Positions 63,652-64,000 of a DNA stretch of 64,000 nucleotides are shown one piece after another. Source of the stretch: Trichosphaerium sp. ATCC 40318 (taxonomy: Eukaryota; Protista; Tubulinea); assembly GCA_038496445.1 (NCBI GenBank), contig JALMLS010000627.1:62001-126000 (forward strand). The letters run 5' to 3'. A program made the position numbers and the translations under genes. Numbering within the stretch: position 1 is the stretch's first letter; the number at the start of each line of letters is the position of its first letter. A model generated the notes under the pieces. The model did no database searches, had not been told where the DNA came from, and saw nothing but the letters and a program-made list of their open reading frames with translations.

Positions 63652-64000
63652 TGTAAAATACCAAGAAGTCTAAGAACAAGCGTTCGGGCTTTCAGTATTA
63701 CTTAAAAAACTATGAGTTTTCATAGCACGAGCGTAGGTTGACTTAGTTACGCGTTTTCTCTTAAGACAGGAAAAAATGCAGGCGTAAGACATCAAAAGGT
63801 GGCTTAAACTGTTTTTGTTCCGAAAAATTCACATTATTTTTTGTAAGACCAAACTGAAGCGTCCCAATTCTTAACTTGGGCTTTTTTTTTGGAAAAAATA
63901 AGCTGTCAAGAGGCTAGCCAATAAAATTATAAATTGAAAAAGGACAGTAGCTAAAAGAGCATACTACACGCTAAATATGAACAAGGCCATTTTATTTACA

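Overview
Eukaryotic (probably protist; taxon not determinable here), AT-rich, gene-dense DNA with many short (~40-70 nt) spliceosomal introns, so the ORF track shows only exon fragments. Apparently intact conserved genes: PPEF/rdgC-type phosphatase, PIG-P, G-protein beta, RsfS/MALSU1, VAC14, KHDC4/BLOM7-like KH protein, PKA-like kinase, an intronless F-box-like/MORN protein, tRNA-Ser(AGA), two BTB proteins, TEL2, a PPPDE-like peptidase, an LRR protein, an ARM-BTB protein and a 3-hydroxybutyrate dehydrogenase. Between them lie decayed regions: piggyBac and LINE remnants, filamin, kinase, F-box and MORN pseudogenes, and duplicated fragments. The most striking unexplained signal is a dispersed family of ~255-315-nt GC-rich non-coding cassettes (five copies, three very divergent sequence types). 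They share the layout TAAGTATTT - 20/21 variable nt - GAAGGAA, a conserved stem architecture, two covarying long-range loop pairings and a terminal T5 tract, and they travel in a mobile ~1 kb repeat. GC-AG introns are also unusually frequent. All structures and exon joins were worked out by eye; no searches were run.
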